The notes: generated from the letters alone by a model not told the origin. 64,000 bases of DNA from Clostridiales bacterium (GCA_004555535.1 SFHU01000001.1:10678-74677), one strand, 5' to 3'; counted from the stretch's first letter, positions 17,395-28,327 are shown. Made by a program: numbers and translations.

Positions 17395-19362
17395 ATGAAC
17401 GGCAGACTTTGGCATGGCGCGGACTACAACCCCGATCAATGGCTCGACCGGCCGGATATCCTCGAGCGCGACGTCGAGATGATGCGCAAGGCGCATGTAA
17501 ACGTCGTCTCGCTGGGCATCTTCGCCTGGAGCACGCTGGAGCCGCGCGAGGGCGATTATCAGCTCGACTGGATGGCTTCGGTCATCGACAGGCTCTACGC
17601 GGCGGGCATCAGCGTCGACCTGGCGACGCCCAGCGGCGCGCGCCCGGCCTGGATGGCGCAGAAATACCCCGAGGTGCGCCGCGTCAACGCGGATCGCGTC
17701 CGCCAGCTCTTCGGCGACAGGCAGAACCACTGCTACACCTCGCCCGTCTACCGAGAGAAGGTGCGGCTGATGGATCAGACGCTCGCGCGCCGCTTTGGCC
17801 GCCACCCGGGCGTGATCATGTGGCACATCTCCAACGAGTTCGGCGGCGAATGCCACTGTGCGCTCTGCCAGCAGGCCTTCCGCGACTGGCTCAAGGACCG
17901 CTACGGCTCCCTGGAGGGCGTCAACCGCGCGTGGAACACCAAGTTCTGGGGCCACGACTACACCGACTTCTCCCAGATCGAGAGCCCCTCGCCGCAGGGC
18001 GAGCACGCGATGAACGGCCTGATCCTCGACTGGAAGCGCTTCGTCTCCCACCAGACGACGGACTTCATGAAGTGGGAGCGCGACTGCATCCGCGAGGTCG
18101 TGCCGGAGGCGAGGGTCTGCGTCAACATGATGTACCGCTTTGACGGCGTCGACTACTTCGACATGGCCCGCGAGATCGATCTGGCGAGCTGGGACAGCTA
18201 TCCCACCTGGCACAAGCCGTCGCAGACGCTCGAGGAGACGGCGATTGACACCGCGATGATGCACGATCTCTTCTATTCCGTCAAGGGCCAGCCGTTCTGG
18301 CAGATGGAATGCACGCCGAGCATGACGAACTGGCAGAGCGTCAGCAAGAACAAGAAGCCGGGCATGAACATCTTCTCCGGCCTGCAGGCCGTCGCCCACG
18401 GCGCGGACGGCGTGCTCTACTTCCAGTGGCGGCAGAGCCGCGGCGCGTTTGAAAAGTTCCACGGCGCTGTCGTCGGCCACGACGGGCGGGAAGACAACCG
18501 CGTCTTCGTCGAAACCGCGAAGCTCGGCGAGCTGCTCGAGCGCCTTGCGCCCGTCGCCGGGGAGCGCAAGGAGAAGCAGGCCGCCATCGTCCACGACTGG
18601 AGCAACAAGTGGGCCGTGGAGGGCGCGCAGGGGCCGCGCAACGCGGGCCTGGGGTACTGGGAGGAGATCACGCGGCACTACGCCGCCCTCGCCAAAAACG
18701 GCATCGGCGTCGACTTTGTGAATCAGGACAGCGACCTGAGCGGCTACAGGCTCGTCGTCGCGCCGATGCTCTACCTGCTGCGCGAGGACTTCGCCGCAAA
18801 GCTCTCCGCGTTCGCCGAAGGCGGCGGCACGCTGGTGGTGACCTACTGGAGCGGCGTCGTGGATGAGAGCGACCTTTGCTATCTCGGCGACACGCCGCAC
18901 GGGCTCCTTGACACGCTCGGCCTTCGCCGCCTGGAGATCGACGGCATGTTCGACGGGGAGACGCGCCGCTGCGTCGCCGTGGAGCCGTCCATGCCGCGCA
19001 GCGCGCAGGGCGGCACGCTCTGCGAGGTCGCCGCGCTCGAGGGCGCGACGCCGCTGATGGTCTACGACGAGGACTACTTCAAGGGCGCGCCCGCCGTCGC
19101 CGTGGATGAGGCGGGAGAGGGCAGAGCCTACTACCTCGCCACGCGCTTTGAGCCGGAGTTCTATAGGGCGTTCTACGCGCGCGTCTGCGAGGGCCTGCTG
19201 ACGCCAGCGTGGCCGAAGCCGCTGCCGGACGGCGTGCTCGCCGTGCGCCGGGGCCGCTTCACGTTCCTGGAGAACGCGTCGGACGCGCCCGCGCAGGTGG
19301 AGGGCATGACGCTCGCGCCGTACGAGACGGCAGTGTTTGAGGCGGGAGAGCGGATTCTCTGA
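17395..19362 (+). CDS. GH42 beta-galactosidase
   Basis: 655 aa with GADYNPDQW, VNVVSLGIFAWSTLEPREG and WHISNEFGG (catalytic acid/base context); GH42 architecture. Confidence 0.9.
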   Translation: MNGRLWHGADYNPDQWLDRPDILERDVEMMRKAHVNVVSLGIFAWSTLEPREGDYQLDWMASVIDRLYAAGISVDLATPSGARPAWMAQKYPEVRRVNADRVRQLFGDRQNHCYTSPVYREKVRLMDQTLARRFGRHPGVIMWHISNEFGGECHCALCQQAFRDWLKDRYGSLEGVNRAWNTKFWGHDYTDFSQIESPSPQGEHAMNGLILDWKRFVSHQTTDFMKWERDCIREVVPEARVCVNMMYRFDGVDYFDMAREIDLASWDSYPTWHKPSQTLEETAIDTAMMHDLFYSVKGQPFWQMECTPSMTNWQSVSKNKKPGMNIFSGLQAVAHGADGVLYFQWRQSRGAFEKFHGAVVGHDGREDNRVFVETAKLGELLERLAPVAGERKEKQAAIVHDWSNKWAVEGAQGPRNAGLGYWEEITRHYAALAKNGIGVDFVNQDSDLSGYRLVVAPMLYLLREDFAAKLSAFAEGGGTLVVTYWSGVVDESDLCYLGDTPHGLLDTLGLRRLEIDGMFDGETRRCVAVEPSMPRSAQGGTLCEVAALEGATPLMVYDEDYFKGAPAVAVDEAGEGRAYYLATRFEPEFYRAFYARVCEGLLTPAWPKPLPDGVLAVRRGRFTFLENASDAPAQVEGMTLAPYETAVFEAGERIL

Positions 19363-19404
19363 GGATAAACCTCGGGGTGGCTTTCCTCCCTGCAAAATGC
19401 AAAA

Positions 19405-19444
19405 GGGAGTCCGGGGGATACACCTCCGGACTCCCTTCTTTTCT

Positions 19445-19446
<2 letters not shown>
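19405..19446 (+). terminator. rho-independent terminator after the GH42 gene
   Basis: GGGAGTCCGG..CCGGACTCCC followed by TTCTTTTCTTT. The stem resembles a hairpin module of the repeat family. Confidence 0.6.
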
Positions 19447-20226
<780 letters not shown>

Positions 20227-20230
<4 letters not shown>

Positions 20231-21285
20231 GCGTCCTCCTCCCTTCTCCTGCGCCCGAAGTAGACGAGCAGAAAGAATGGCGCGCCAAACAGCGCCGTGA
20301 CCGCGCCGACCGGCAGCTCGCGCGGGCTGAGCACCGTGCGCGCGGCCAGATCCGCCAGCATCATGCAGATGCCGCCCAGCAGCGCGCAGGCCGGCAGCAG
20401 CGCCCTGTGCCGCGGGCCGACGAGCCGGCGCGCCAGATGCGGCATGACCAGGTCGACAAACCCGATCGCGCCGCAGGCGGAGACAGCCGTACCCGTCAGC
20501 AGTGTCGCAAGCAGGATCAACGCCGTGCGCGTCCGTTTGGGCGAAAAGCCGCTCGTCCCGGCGAGCTCGTCGCCGAAGGTCAGGATATCCATCTCGCCGC
20601 AGAGGCGCAGCAGGCAGGGCAGCGCCAGCGCCAGCAGCACGAGAAGCAGCGCGCATTCCTCCATCGTCGCGCCAGAGAAGCTGCCCAGCTGCCAGAAGTA
20701 GAGCCGTTCGAGGGATTCGCGGTTAAGCGAGCAGAGCAGCGAGAGAATCGCCGAGGTCAGCAGGCTGATAACCATGCCGGTCAGCACGATGGTGTCGCTG
20801 CGCAGGCCGGGATCAAAGCGCGCGCTCAGCGCCATCGCCAAAAGCACGGTCGCCAGCCCGAAGGCAAAGCCCGCCGCGGGCAGCGTCGCCGCGCCGATCA
20901 GCGGCAGGCGAAGCCCCAGCAGCAGCACGAGCGCCGCGCCCAGCGACGCCCCGGAGGAGACGCCCAGCGTATAGCCCGAGGCGAGCGGATTGCGCAGCAC
21001 GCTCTGCATCACCGCGCCGGACACCGACAGCGCTGCGCCGCACAGGAGCGAGAGCAGCACGCGCGGCAGGCGCAGCTTCGTGAGGATGGAGACGTGGAGC
21101 GCGGGGATGGTTTCAGGCACCGGCGCGCCGGTCAGCCTCGCGCGCGCGATGGCCAGCGTCTCCCGCGCGGGGATGGCGACCGAGCCGACGCCCACGGCGA
21201 GCAGGAAGACCGCCGCGCAAAAGCACGCGAGGAGCAGCAGGACACCCGCCCTGCCGCTCCTCCTTTGTGAAATGGCATTACTCAT
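20227..21285 (-). CDS. FecCD/BtuC-family ABC permease
   Basis: Trimmed to MSNAISQRRSGRAG. Polytopic, with FecCD-like LRLPRVLLSLLCGAALSVSGAVMQ. Overlaps both neighbours. Confidence 0.85.
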
Positions 21286-22183
21286 ACAGCGCCGCATAGA
21301 CCTCGGGATAGACCGCCGCGAGCATCTCCCGCAGTGCGACCACGATATTCTGGCTCGGCTGGTTGCTGGCGTTCGCGTCGATCGCGTAGACGTCGCCATT
21401 TTGTACCGCCGTGACGCTCTCCCAGCCCGCACGAGCGAGGATTTCGCCGACCGGATCGTCGATGTAATTGACGCTGGTGAGGATCACGTCGGGGTTCGCG
21501 GCGAGGGCGTCCTCCTCCGTGACGGGCAGCCAGCCCGCCTGATCGCCGAAGACGTTCTTTGCGCCGATGAGCGTGATCATCTCGTCAAGGAACGTGCCAC
21601 TGCCGAAGGAATAGAGATACGGCAGCGCGCTGATCTCAAAGAGCACGGTCTTCTTCGGCTCGATGCCGGCGGTCGCCGCGCTGACGCGGTCCAGCTCGGC
21701 GTTCAGATTGTCCACCAGCGCCTCAGCCTCCTGCGCGCGATCCACGACGTCGCCGATGAAGGCGATGTCCTCCTCGATGGCGGCGATGGAGCTCGAGGAC
21801 GGGATGTCGACGACGGCGATGCCCAGGTCGATCAGCGCCTGATAGGGATCGCCGCTGATATAGGCCATGCCGGAGGTGAAGACGACGTCCGGCGCGAGCG
21901 CCGCGATGGCCTCGCAGTCCGGCGCCATCATGTCAAACGCGGGCAGCGCCTGCGCGCTCTCCATCTGCGCGGCGGTATTCGTGTCCACCGCGACGAGGCA
22001 GTCCGCCATGCCCAGTCCCTCGAGGATTTCCGCCGTGCTCGGGGCCAGGCAGACGATGCGCTCGACGGTATCCGGCAGGGCGATGGGGTTGCCCGCGCGG
22101 TCGGTATCGGGTTTTTCAGCCAGCGCGCACGCGGCGAGCATCAGCGCGGCCAGCACAAGCAGAGCGAGGATTTTTCTTTTCAT
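21278..22183 (-). CDS. periplasmic-binding-protein type (BtuF/FepB class) ABC substrate-binding lipoprotein
   Basis: Trimmed to MKRKILALLVLAALMLAAC (lipobox) with RBS AAGGAGA. Sits directly downstream of a cobalamin riboswitch. Confidence 0.8.
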   Translation of the reverse strand: MKRKILALLVLAALMLAACALAEKPDTDRAGNPIALPDTVERIVCLAPSTAEILEGLGMADCLVAVDTNTAAQMESAQALPAFDMMAPDCEAIAALAPDVVFTSGMAYISGDPYQALIDLGIAVVDIPSSSSIAAIEEDIAFIGDVVDRAQEAEALVDNLNAELDRVSAATAGIEPKKTVLFEISALPYLYSFGSGTFLDEMITLIGAKNVFGDQAGWLPVTEEDALAANPDVILTSVNYIDDPVGEILARAGWESVTAVQNGDVYAIDANASNQPSQNIVVALREMLAAVYPEVYAALYE

Positions 22184-22204
22184 GCTGCATTTCTCCTTGC
22201 ATGT

Positions 22205-22455
22205 GTTTTTTTGCGGCGCTCCTGCCGCCTTCCTCACAGCCGGAGGGGTCGGCGCGCGCGGATCGGTCTTCTGGCTTGGGTTTGCGTCCTCCCGCCTTCC
22301 CGGCCCGTCCGCCCGCTCGCAGGGCGGATTTCGCCAGTGACTGCCTGTTCGGCCTGGGAGGCCGCGCGTTTCCCTTACAGCAGCGGCTACTGCCGGAGAC
22401 TTTCACTCCGTTCCCGGGGCTTGCGCCCATCCGCGCGCCTTTCGGCGCTCACAAA
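22205..22455 (-). promoter_or_regulatory. cobalamin (B12) riboswitch
   Basis: The minus strand reads ..GGGAACGGAGTGAAAGTCTCCGG..GCCGCTGCTGTAAGG..GCAGTCACTGGCGAAA..GGGAAGGCGGGAGG..AAGCCAGAAGACCGATC (B12 box). It is preceded by an extended -10 (TGCTATAAT, 22460-22468) and followed by the BtuF-like gene. Confidence 0.8.
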
Positions 22456-22470
22456 TCTGATTATAGCATG

Positions 22471-22504
22471 AAAAGCAAAAAAAGCAAGCGGCGGGGCCGC
22501 TTGC
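22471..22504 (-). terminator. rho-independent terminator after the GT-C gene pair
   Basis: The minus strand reads GCAAGCGGCcccGCCGCTTGC followed by TTTTTTTGCTTTT. Confidence 0.7.
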
Positions 22505-22520
22505 CTCAATGACTGCTTTG

Positions 22521-22590
22521 GACTACGTTGGGCTGCCGCCCAAACCCGCTTGAGGATTTCATCCCCAAACCCCATCATCGCTTCGCGCGC
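22521..22590 (+). repeat. repeat fragment: core 3' remnant, H2 hairpin and tail; the tail overlaps a CDS 3' end
   Basis: GACTACGTTGGGCTGCCGCCCAAACCC...GAGGATTTCATCCCC...CATCGCTTCGCGCGC. Confidence 0.7.
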
Positions 22591-24116
22591 AGGAAAGAAG
22601 GCCAGCGCGCTTTGAAGGTGATATGCGGCTCGAGCAGCGCCGCCGCGCACAGCAGCAGCATTTCAAACTGGAAGAAGTAGCGCGCGCGCGTCTCCCACAT
22701 GCTCAGAAACAGGAACGCGCCCAGCAGCGCGATCATGACCGCCGCCGCGCGGGTGTCCTTCCTGCGCACGGCCTGGGCGCACGCCGCGCAGGCGAGCAGC
22801 AGCTGCGCGCAGAAGAGCGCCGTCGTCAGGTGGTAATACGCGCCATAGAGCGCGCCGCCCTCGAAGATGACCTGCTTGACCGGGTTGTCCGGCTCGTGCG
22901 CGTCCGCCTCGATGATCTCGTTGAGGCCGAAGGCGCCGTTGCCGAAGGTCGAGAGATTCTTGCGCGAGAGCAGACTCAGCAGCCGCGAGGGATAGCGCAC
23001 ATAGTAGATTCGGTCGATGACCTGCTCAAGCAGCGCCGCGTCGCGCGCCTGGGGATCCTCAAAGGAGGTCGAGAAGATCAGCCAGCCGCCGTCGCCGTAC
23101 TGCCCGTAGCCCTCGTCCTCATGGATGGGCAGACCCATCGCGATGTAGTGCAGCTTGGGCAACTCGTTTTGCTCGAGCTGCTGCGCGCTCAGGTGGCGCG
23201 CCGTTTCGGCGTCCATCCACGCGCCGCCCGCGGCGAACACCCCGGCGAGCGCGAGCGCGCAGGCAGCCGTCAGCCTTGGCCGCTTTTGCAGCAGCAGCGC
23301 GATCAGGCAGGCGATGGCCGCGATGATGGAGGTGAAGCGCAGCTGCGCGCCCACAAACGACGACGCCGCGAACGCGAGCGCCCAGAGCGCGCGGCCTCTG
23401 CGCGAAGCCGCCTCCCGCGCGCGCACGGCGCACAGCACGATCACAGGCGGGAACGCGAGCGAAAACGCGTCGGTATACAGCTCCGAGGACGCATACAGGA
23501 ACGGCAGGCAGGAGGCAAAGAGCAGCAGCACGCGCAATTCCGCGCGCACCCCGCCCAGACACCGGCACAGCCGCGCGCTGGAAAGCAGCCCCAGCGAAAA
23601 GAGCAGCGAGGCGACGAGCACCAACGGCAAAAAGCTGTCCGTCACGCCGAAGAGGCGGCAAACGCGCAGGATCGCCGCAAACGCGTAGACGAGACCGAGG
23701 TTATGCGGATAGCGCGAAAAATAGACGACGGAGCGCTCGTTTTGGCCAAACGTGCCCTGCTCGACGATCAGCCGCGCCGCCGTCACGCATTGCTCCAGGT
23801 CGGTCTTGGGCGTGTAGCGCAGCGCGCAGGCAAGCCCCAGCTGCACGGCCAGATAAAAAAGCGCGGCCAGCGCGAGGCATGCGCGCTCCCGGCGGGCAAA
23901 CGCCGCCTCCAGACGCCCCGCCGCCCGCAGCGCCAGCAGCAGCGCGAGCAGGCCAAGCGCCGTCAGCAGCGCCAGCAGGGGCCGGTTTCTGCCATAGAGC
24001 GGCCAGGGAGAGAGCAGCGTGTTGAGCGCCGTGAACAGAAAACAGGGAATCATCAGCGCCATGCCCACAAGCAGCAGCGCGCGCATCCATCCGCCGCGCG
24101 GGCGGGAAAGCCTCAT
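22575..24116 (-). CDS. GT-C fold membrane glycosyltransferase (ArnT/PMT_2, GT39/83-like)
   Basis: 513 aa with more than 10 TM helices and YFSRYPHNLG in the early loop. ATGA overlap with the upstream paralog. The last 4 codons (RAKR) are encoded by the repeat tail. Confidence 0.65.
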   Translation of the reverse strand: MRLSRPRGGWMRALLLVGMALMIPCFLFTALNTLLSPWPLYGRNRPLLALLTALGLLALLLALRAAGRLEAAFARRERACLALAALFYLAVQLGLACALRYTPKTDLEQCVTAARLIVEQGTFGQNERSVVYFSRYPHNLGLVYAFAAILRVCRLFGVTDSFLPLVLVASLLFSLGLLSSARLCRCLGGVRAELRVLLLFASCLPFLYASSELYTDAFSLAFPPVIVLCAVRAREAASRRGRALWALAFAASSFVGAQLRFTSIIAAIACLIALLLQKRPRLTAACALALAGVFAAGGAWMDAETARHLSAQQLEQNELPKLHYIAMGLPIHEDEGYGQYGDGGWLIFSTSFEDPQARDAALLEQVIDRIYYVRYPSRLLSLLSRKNLSTFGNGAFGLNEIIEADAHEPDNPVKQVIFEGGALYGAYYHLTTALFCAQLLLACAACAQAVRRKDTRAAAVMIALLGAFLFLSMWETRARYFFQFEMLLLCAAALLEPHITFKARWPSFLRAKR

Positions 24117-25591
24117 GTCCCCGCCTCCTTCAGCCGCAGGAGCTGATATTGCCCCCGCGCGTCCACAAATTCATAGTCGCTTTCAAAGATCGCCGCGACG
24201 CGCGCGTCGTAGGGCGGGCCAAACTCGCGGTTGTAGTAGATAACCAGCCAGCGCGGCGGGTCGCTCTCAAATTCCTCCACGATCTCCTCCATCACGGCAG
24301 GGTCGGCCTGCGCGAGGATCTCCTGCAGGAAGTAAAAGCGCATGCAGGGCAGCGCCTTCGCCGCGACATACCAGCGCGGCTCGACGCGGTAGGCCATGAA
24401 GCTCTCCCGCTCCTGCTCGGGCACCTGCGCGTAGAGCGCCTGCGCGTCGGCGGTGAAGGCGTCAAAATCCTCCCCGCGCCAGGCCAGGCGGCTTTCGTTT
24501 GCCTGCGCGCCGCTCACGGCGAGGATGGCGGCGCACAGCGCGACGCACAGCGCGCATCCCGCGCCGCAGAGGCGCTTCCCCCGCCGCTTCGCCGCCGCCA
24601 GCAGCAGCGCGACGCCCGTTACGGCGCACGGCGCGCCCAGCACCAGATAATGCACATAGTATTTGTGGGAGATCAGCGCCGCCAGCCCCGCGCCCGCCGC
24701 GCCCGCGATCAGCGAGAGCGTCATCGCCGGGGCGCGACGCCAAAGCGTCAGCGCGCCCAGACAGGAAAGCGCCGCCAGCAGCAGCGCGATATGCCCGTAG
24801 CGGTCAAAGAGCAGCATGTGCAGCCGGCCCGCGCCGTCCGTCTCCGCATACATCATGTTGTGCAGGATCGAGCCGTAGATGGCCTCGCCCAGCGCGCCCT
24901 GCGCGGCTAGCCAGAGCACGACCGGCAGCCCCGCAAGCAGCAGCCCGGCGGCAAACCCGCCCGCGCAGCGCCTAAGCGGCGCAAGCTCCCGCCGCGCGAG
25001 CAGACAAAGCGCCAGCACGGCTGTCATCGCACACAGCGGCAGCGCGTTGTTCGCGCGCATCAGGAAGGCGAGCATCGCCATCGCGCCCATGCCCAGCGCG
25101 CGGGCAAAGAGCCGCTCCCCCTGCGCCCGCTCCCCCGCAAACGCGCGCAGCGCGAAGAGAATGCCAAGGAGCGTAAAGAGATTGCTGTATTCCTCCGTGA
25201 GGTTGCCCCCGTCGGTCAGCGCGCAGATCAGCGCCAGATAGGCGATCTGCGCGGGCAGGCGCGGCGCGCCCACCTCCCCGGCGATCGCGCAGACCGCGCG
25301 CAGGCAGGCAAGGAGGAACAGCGCCTCCATCACAAAAACGGCCAGCGTCGAATAGCCGCCCGCGACGGCCTGCGGCAGCGCCTGAAGCAGGAAGAGCAGC
25401 GGGCCCTTGTGGTCGAAAACTTCGGTATAGGGCGCATAGCCCTGCGCGATGGCCGTGCCCATCGTCAGATAGATCGCGTTGTCGCTGCCGATGGCGGGGC
25501 CAAGCGGCGTGTTGCTATACGCGAAGATCAAACAAAACCCCAGCGCTAGCAGCAGCGACAGAGACAGGCTTACACACCGCGAACGCTTCAT
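24113..25591 (-). CDS. GT-C fold membrane glycosyltransferase (ArnT/PMT_2, GT39-like)
   Basis: Trimmed to MKRSRCVSL (RBS AAGGAG). The first loop SDNAIYLTMGTAIAQGYAPYTEVFDHKGPLLF matches the D-x-x-x-Y ... FDHKPPL pattern of PMT_2/ArnT proteins. Confidence 0.75.
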   Translation of the reverse strand: MKRSRCVSLSLSLLLALGFCLIFAYSNTPLGPAIGSDNAIYLTMGTAIAQGYAPYTEVFDHKGPLLFLLQALPQAVAGGYSTLAVFVMEALFLLACLRAVCAIAGEVGAPRLPAQIAYLALICALTDGGNLTEEYSNLFTLLGILFALRAFAGERAQGERLFARALGMGAMAMLAFLMRANNALPLCAMTAVLALCLLARRELAPLRRCAGGFAAGLLLAGLPVVLWLAAQGALGEAIYGSILHNMMYAETDGAGRLHMLLFDRYGHIALLLAALSCLGALTLWRRAPAMTLSLIAGAAGAGLAALISHKYYVHYLVLGAPCAVTGVALLLAAAKRRGKRLCGAGCALCVALCAAILAVSGAQANESRLAWRGEDFDAFTADAQALYAQVPEQERESFMAYRVEPRWYVAAKALPCMRFYFLQEILAQADPAVMEEIVEEFESDPPRWLVIYYNREFGPPYDARVAAIFESDYEFVDARGQYQLLRLKEAGT

Positions 25592-25656
25592 GGTTGGCTC
25601 CTTTCCTCTGCACAGGGCGGAAACTGCGAACATTCCGGTAAACATGCTTTTACGCA

Positions 25657-25792
25657 CGCGAAGCGAAGAGGGGAGTCTGAGGGACGATGTCCCACAGACA
25701 GGGTGCGGGGCGGCAGCCCCGCCGTATCCCATCAAATCTCCAAATCGCAGTCTCAGAGCAGGCTGCGCAGCAGCTTACGATTGAGACGGGTT
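25657..25792 (-). repeat. interspersed modular repeat, short form (core 25747..25792)
   Basis: CGCGAAGCGAAGAGGGGAGTC..GGGACGATGTCCC..GCGGGGCGGCAGCCCCGC..GCAGTCTCAGAGCAGGCTGCGCAGCAGCTTACGATTGAGACGGGTT. Confidence 0.85.
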
Positions 25793-25827
25793 GAATGCGC
25801 CCGGCGTGCTTCAGGCGCAAACCCTGC

Positions 25828-26799
25828 TCACGGCTGCGGAATGACCACATCCGGGAAGAATTCGCGCACAAACGGCACATCCCTCACCTGGAACGTCCGC
25901 CCTCCGAGGCCCTCGAGCACGCCGCCGCGATCGTCAAAGGCGAAGTGCAGCCGGTAGGCGCAAAGCGCCTGTCCATTCATGCCGAAGGGCGCGTTGCGCT
26001 TGGCGCTGCCATACTGGTTGTCCCCCAGCAGCGGATGGCCGATGGCGGCGAACTGCGCGCGGATCTGATGCGTGCGCCCCGTGCCCAGCAGGCATTCGCA
26101 CAGCGTCAGCCCCCCGCGCTCGTCGACGGCGCGGTAATAGGTGACGGCCTCCTTCGCGCCGGGCTCGCCGCTGCGCGCGACAGCAACCTTCTTTTCCCCC
26201 GGGCGATGGATGAGCAGGTGGGCAAGCGTCCCCTCCGGGTGCTTCATGCGCCCGTGCACGATGCACAGGTAGTATTTCTCGACCTCGCGCGTGCGGATTT
26301 TCGCGTCCATCGCGCGCAGCGCCTCCGGCGTTTTGGCGAGGATCACGATGCCGCAGGTCATCCGGTCGATGCGGTTGCACAGCGCCGGGGCAAAGCCCGC
26401 GCCCGGCCTCCACTCGCCCTTCTGGTAGAGATACGCCTGCGCATAGGTCAGCAGCGTATGCACCTTCTCGCCCTCGTCCGGATGGCAGACGAGGCCCGCG
26501 CGCTTGTCAAGCAGCATGACCTGCGCGTCCTCGTAGAGGATGGAGAGCTTCGGATGTATCTTCGAGTAGAACGGGTCCTCGCGCTCGGGCGCTTCAAAGA
26601 AGCTGTCCTCGACGTAGAGCTCCACGCGCTGCCCGGCGGTGAGGACGAAATCCTCCCCCGGGCGCTTTCCGTCGACCTTCACGCGCCCCAGGCGCAGGAA
26701 TTTGCGAATCTGCCCCATGCCTGCGGCGGGCAGCGTCTTTTGCAGAAAGCGGGTCAGCCGGCGGCCGTCCCAGCCTTGATCCACGACGATGCTCTTCAT
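25828..26799 (-). CDS. RluA-family 23S rRNA/tRNA pseudouridine synthase with S4 domain
   Basis: LCNRIDRMTCGIVILAKT (catalytic Asp motif) and TGRTHQIRAQFAAIGHPLLGDNQYG. Confidence 0.9.
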   Translation of the reverse strand: MKSIVVDQGWDGRRLTRFLQKTLPAAGMGQIRKFLRLGRVKVDGKRPGEDFVLTAGQRVELYVEDSFFEAPEREDPFYSKIHPKLSILYEDAQVMLLDKRAGLVCHPDEGEKVHTLLTYAQAYLYQKGEWRPGAGFAPALCNRIDRMTCGIVILAKTPEALRAMDAKIRTREVEKYYLCIVHGRMKHPEGTLAHLLIHRPGEKKVAVARSGEPGAKEAVTYYRAVDERGGLTLCECLLGTGRTHQIRAQFAAIGHPLLGDNQYGSAKRNAPFGMNGQALCAYRLHFAFDDRGGVLEGLGGRTFQVRDVPFVREFFPDVVIPQP

Positions 26800-27596
26800 G
26801 TCAGGTCAAACCGCTCCCTCAGCACGCGCATGACGCCGTCCTCGTCGTTGCTGGGCGCGATGTATTTGGCGATGCGCTTGAGCGCCGGATGCGCGTTTTC
26901 CATCGCGTAGCTCTCGCCGACGGCGTCAAGCAGCTCGCAATCGTTGAGGTAATCGCCAAAGGCCATGCATTCCTCGGGCCGGATGCCCAGCATCCGCTGG
27001 ACGCCGCGCAGCGCCTCGCCCTTGTTGACGCCGGGCTTCATGACGTCGACCCAGTGCTCGCCGGAGAGGATGACGGAAAGCCTGTCCCCCAGTCGGCGCT
27101 CCAGCACGGGCAGCTCATGGGTCTGCGCGTCGCCCTCGTCGTAAAAGGCGACCTTGCAGACATCCGGGCTGCCTGTGTGGGCCATGAGGTCGGGCACGAC
27201 GCGCTGGGCCGGATAATAGCGCAGCGTCTCCGCGCGAAAATCCGGCGCGGCGGCCTGCTCGATGAGGCCCATCTGCGCGCGGCAGAGCACGGGATAGACG
27301 CCCTCCAGCGTCCGCGCGGCGCGCACGATATCCGCCAGATGCGCGGGATCGATAGGGTCGATGAGCAGCTGCTCGTCCTGCCGCATGACGAGCGCGCCGT
27401 TTTCGCAGATGAAGAGAATATCCTGCGCGAGCGGCTCAAGGTCGCGGCGCAGCGCGGCATACTGGCGGCCGCTGGCGACGGCAAAGAGGACGCCCTGCCT
27501 CCGCAGCTTTTGAATCGCGGGCAAAAGCCCGTCGGGCAGGCGCTTCTGGCTGTCCAGGAGCGTGCCGTCCATATCGCAGGCGATGAGTTTGATCAT
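26796..27596 (-). CDS. Cof-type HAD-IIB phosphatase
   Basis: Trimmed to MIKLIACDMDGTLL (RBS AAGGAG). GDYLNDCELL near the C-terminus. Confidence 0.85.
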   Translation of the reverse strand: MIKLIACDMDGTLLDSQKRLPDGLLPAIQKLRRQGVLFAVASGRQYAALRRDLEPLAQDILFICENGALVMRQDEQLLIDPIDPAHLADIVRAARTLEGVYPVLCRAQMGLIEQAAAPDFRAETLRYYPAQRVVPDLMAHTGSPDVCKVAFYDEGDAQTHELPVLERRLGDRLSVILSGEHWVDVMKPGVNKGEALRGVQRMLGIRPEECMAFGDYLNDCELLDAVGESYAMENAHPALKRIAKYIAPSNDEDGVMRVLRERFDLT

Positions 27597-27709
27597 GGGA
27601 CTCCTTTGCATGGATGCAATGGTTGTTTTAAAGATTTCAGGCTTGCTTTTTTCCTGAATAAAGAGGTTTCAAAGAAAGCTTTGAAATTCTCAGTGCTTTC
27701 ACGCGCTGG

Positions 27710-27729
27710 GAGACGCGCTCCGCTGGGCG
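27710..27729 (-). repeat. fragment of the long-form module GAGACGCGCTCCGCTGGGC
   Basis: Same 20-mer class as in 31530-31560 (reverse complement), 37680-37710, 45603 and 51855. Confidence 0.5.
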
Positions 27730-27742
27730 TTTGACGATGGAC

Positions 27743-28327
27743 TCAGTATTTCCCCTTCATCGGACGGGGATCGCCGCGCAGGATCGCGTACAGCGCCACA
27801 TCGACGAACTTGCCCTTGTTGTAGAGCCGCTGGCGCAGCACGCCCTCGCGCTGCATGCCGCATTTCTCCATCACGCGGCCGGAGGCGGGATTGTCGAGCT
27901 CATGCTGCGCCTCGATGCGGTTGACGTCCATCGCGTCGAACGTGTAATCGATCACGCGGGCGAGCGCCTCGGTCATGTAGCCGCCGTTCCAGAGCCAGCG
28001 CGCCAGCGAATAGCCGACCTCGACGCTGCCGTTGTCCTCGCTGTAGGCCATGTAGCCGATCGTGCCGACGAGCCTGCCCGTGCGCTTCTCCTCGATGCCC
28101 CAGCTCGAGGGCTCGTCCGCGCGGTAGCGGCGCAGCATGTAGCGCAGATAGTCCTTCGCCTCGGAGATGTCCTTCTGCGCCGGCCAGAGCACATGGCGCG
28201 CGACCTCCTCGTCGCGGCTGTATTCAAAGACGTCCCGGGCGTCGCGCATCGTCATGCGGCGCAGGCGCAGGCGCGGCGTCTCGATCGTCGGCATCGAGAA
28301 CAGGCCGTAGGGATTGGGCGTGAACAT
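27743..28327 (-). CDS. GNAT N-acetyltransferase (RimJ/RimL-like)
   Basis: IETPRLRLRRMTMRDA...VEVGYSLARWLWNGGYMTEA...NRIEAQHELDNPASGRVMEKCGM. Confidence 0.85.
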   Translation of the reverse strand: MFTPNPYGLFSMPTIETPRLRLRRMTMRDARDVFEYSRDEEVARHVLWPAQKDISEAKDYLRYMLRRYRADEPSSWGIEEKRTGRLVGTIGYMAYSEDNGSVEVGYSLARWLWNGGYMTEALARVIDYTFDAMDVNRIEAQHELDNPASGRVMEKCGMQREGVLRQRLYNKGKFVDVALYAILRGDPRPMKGKY

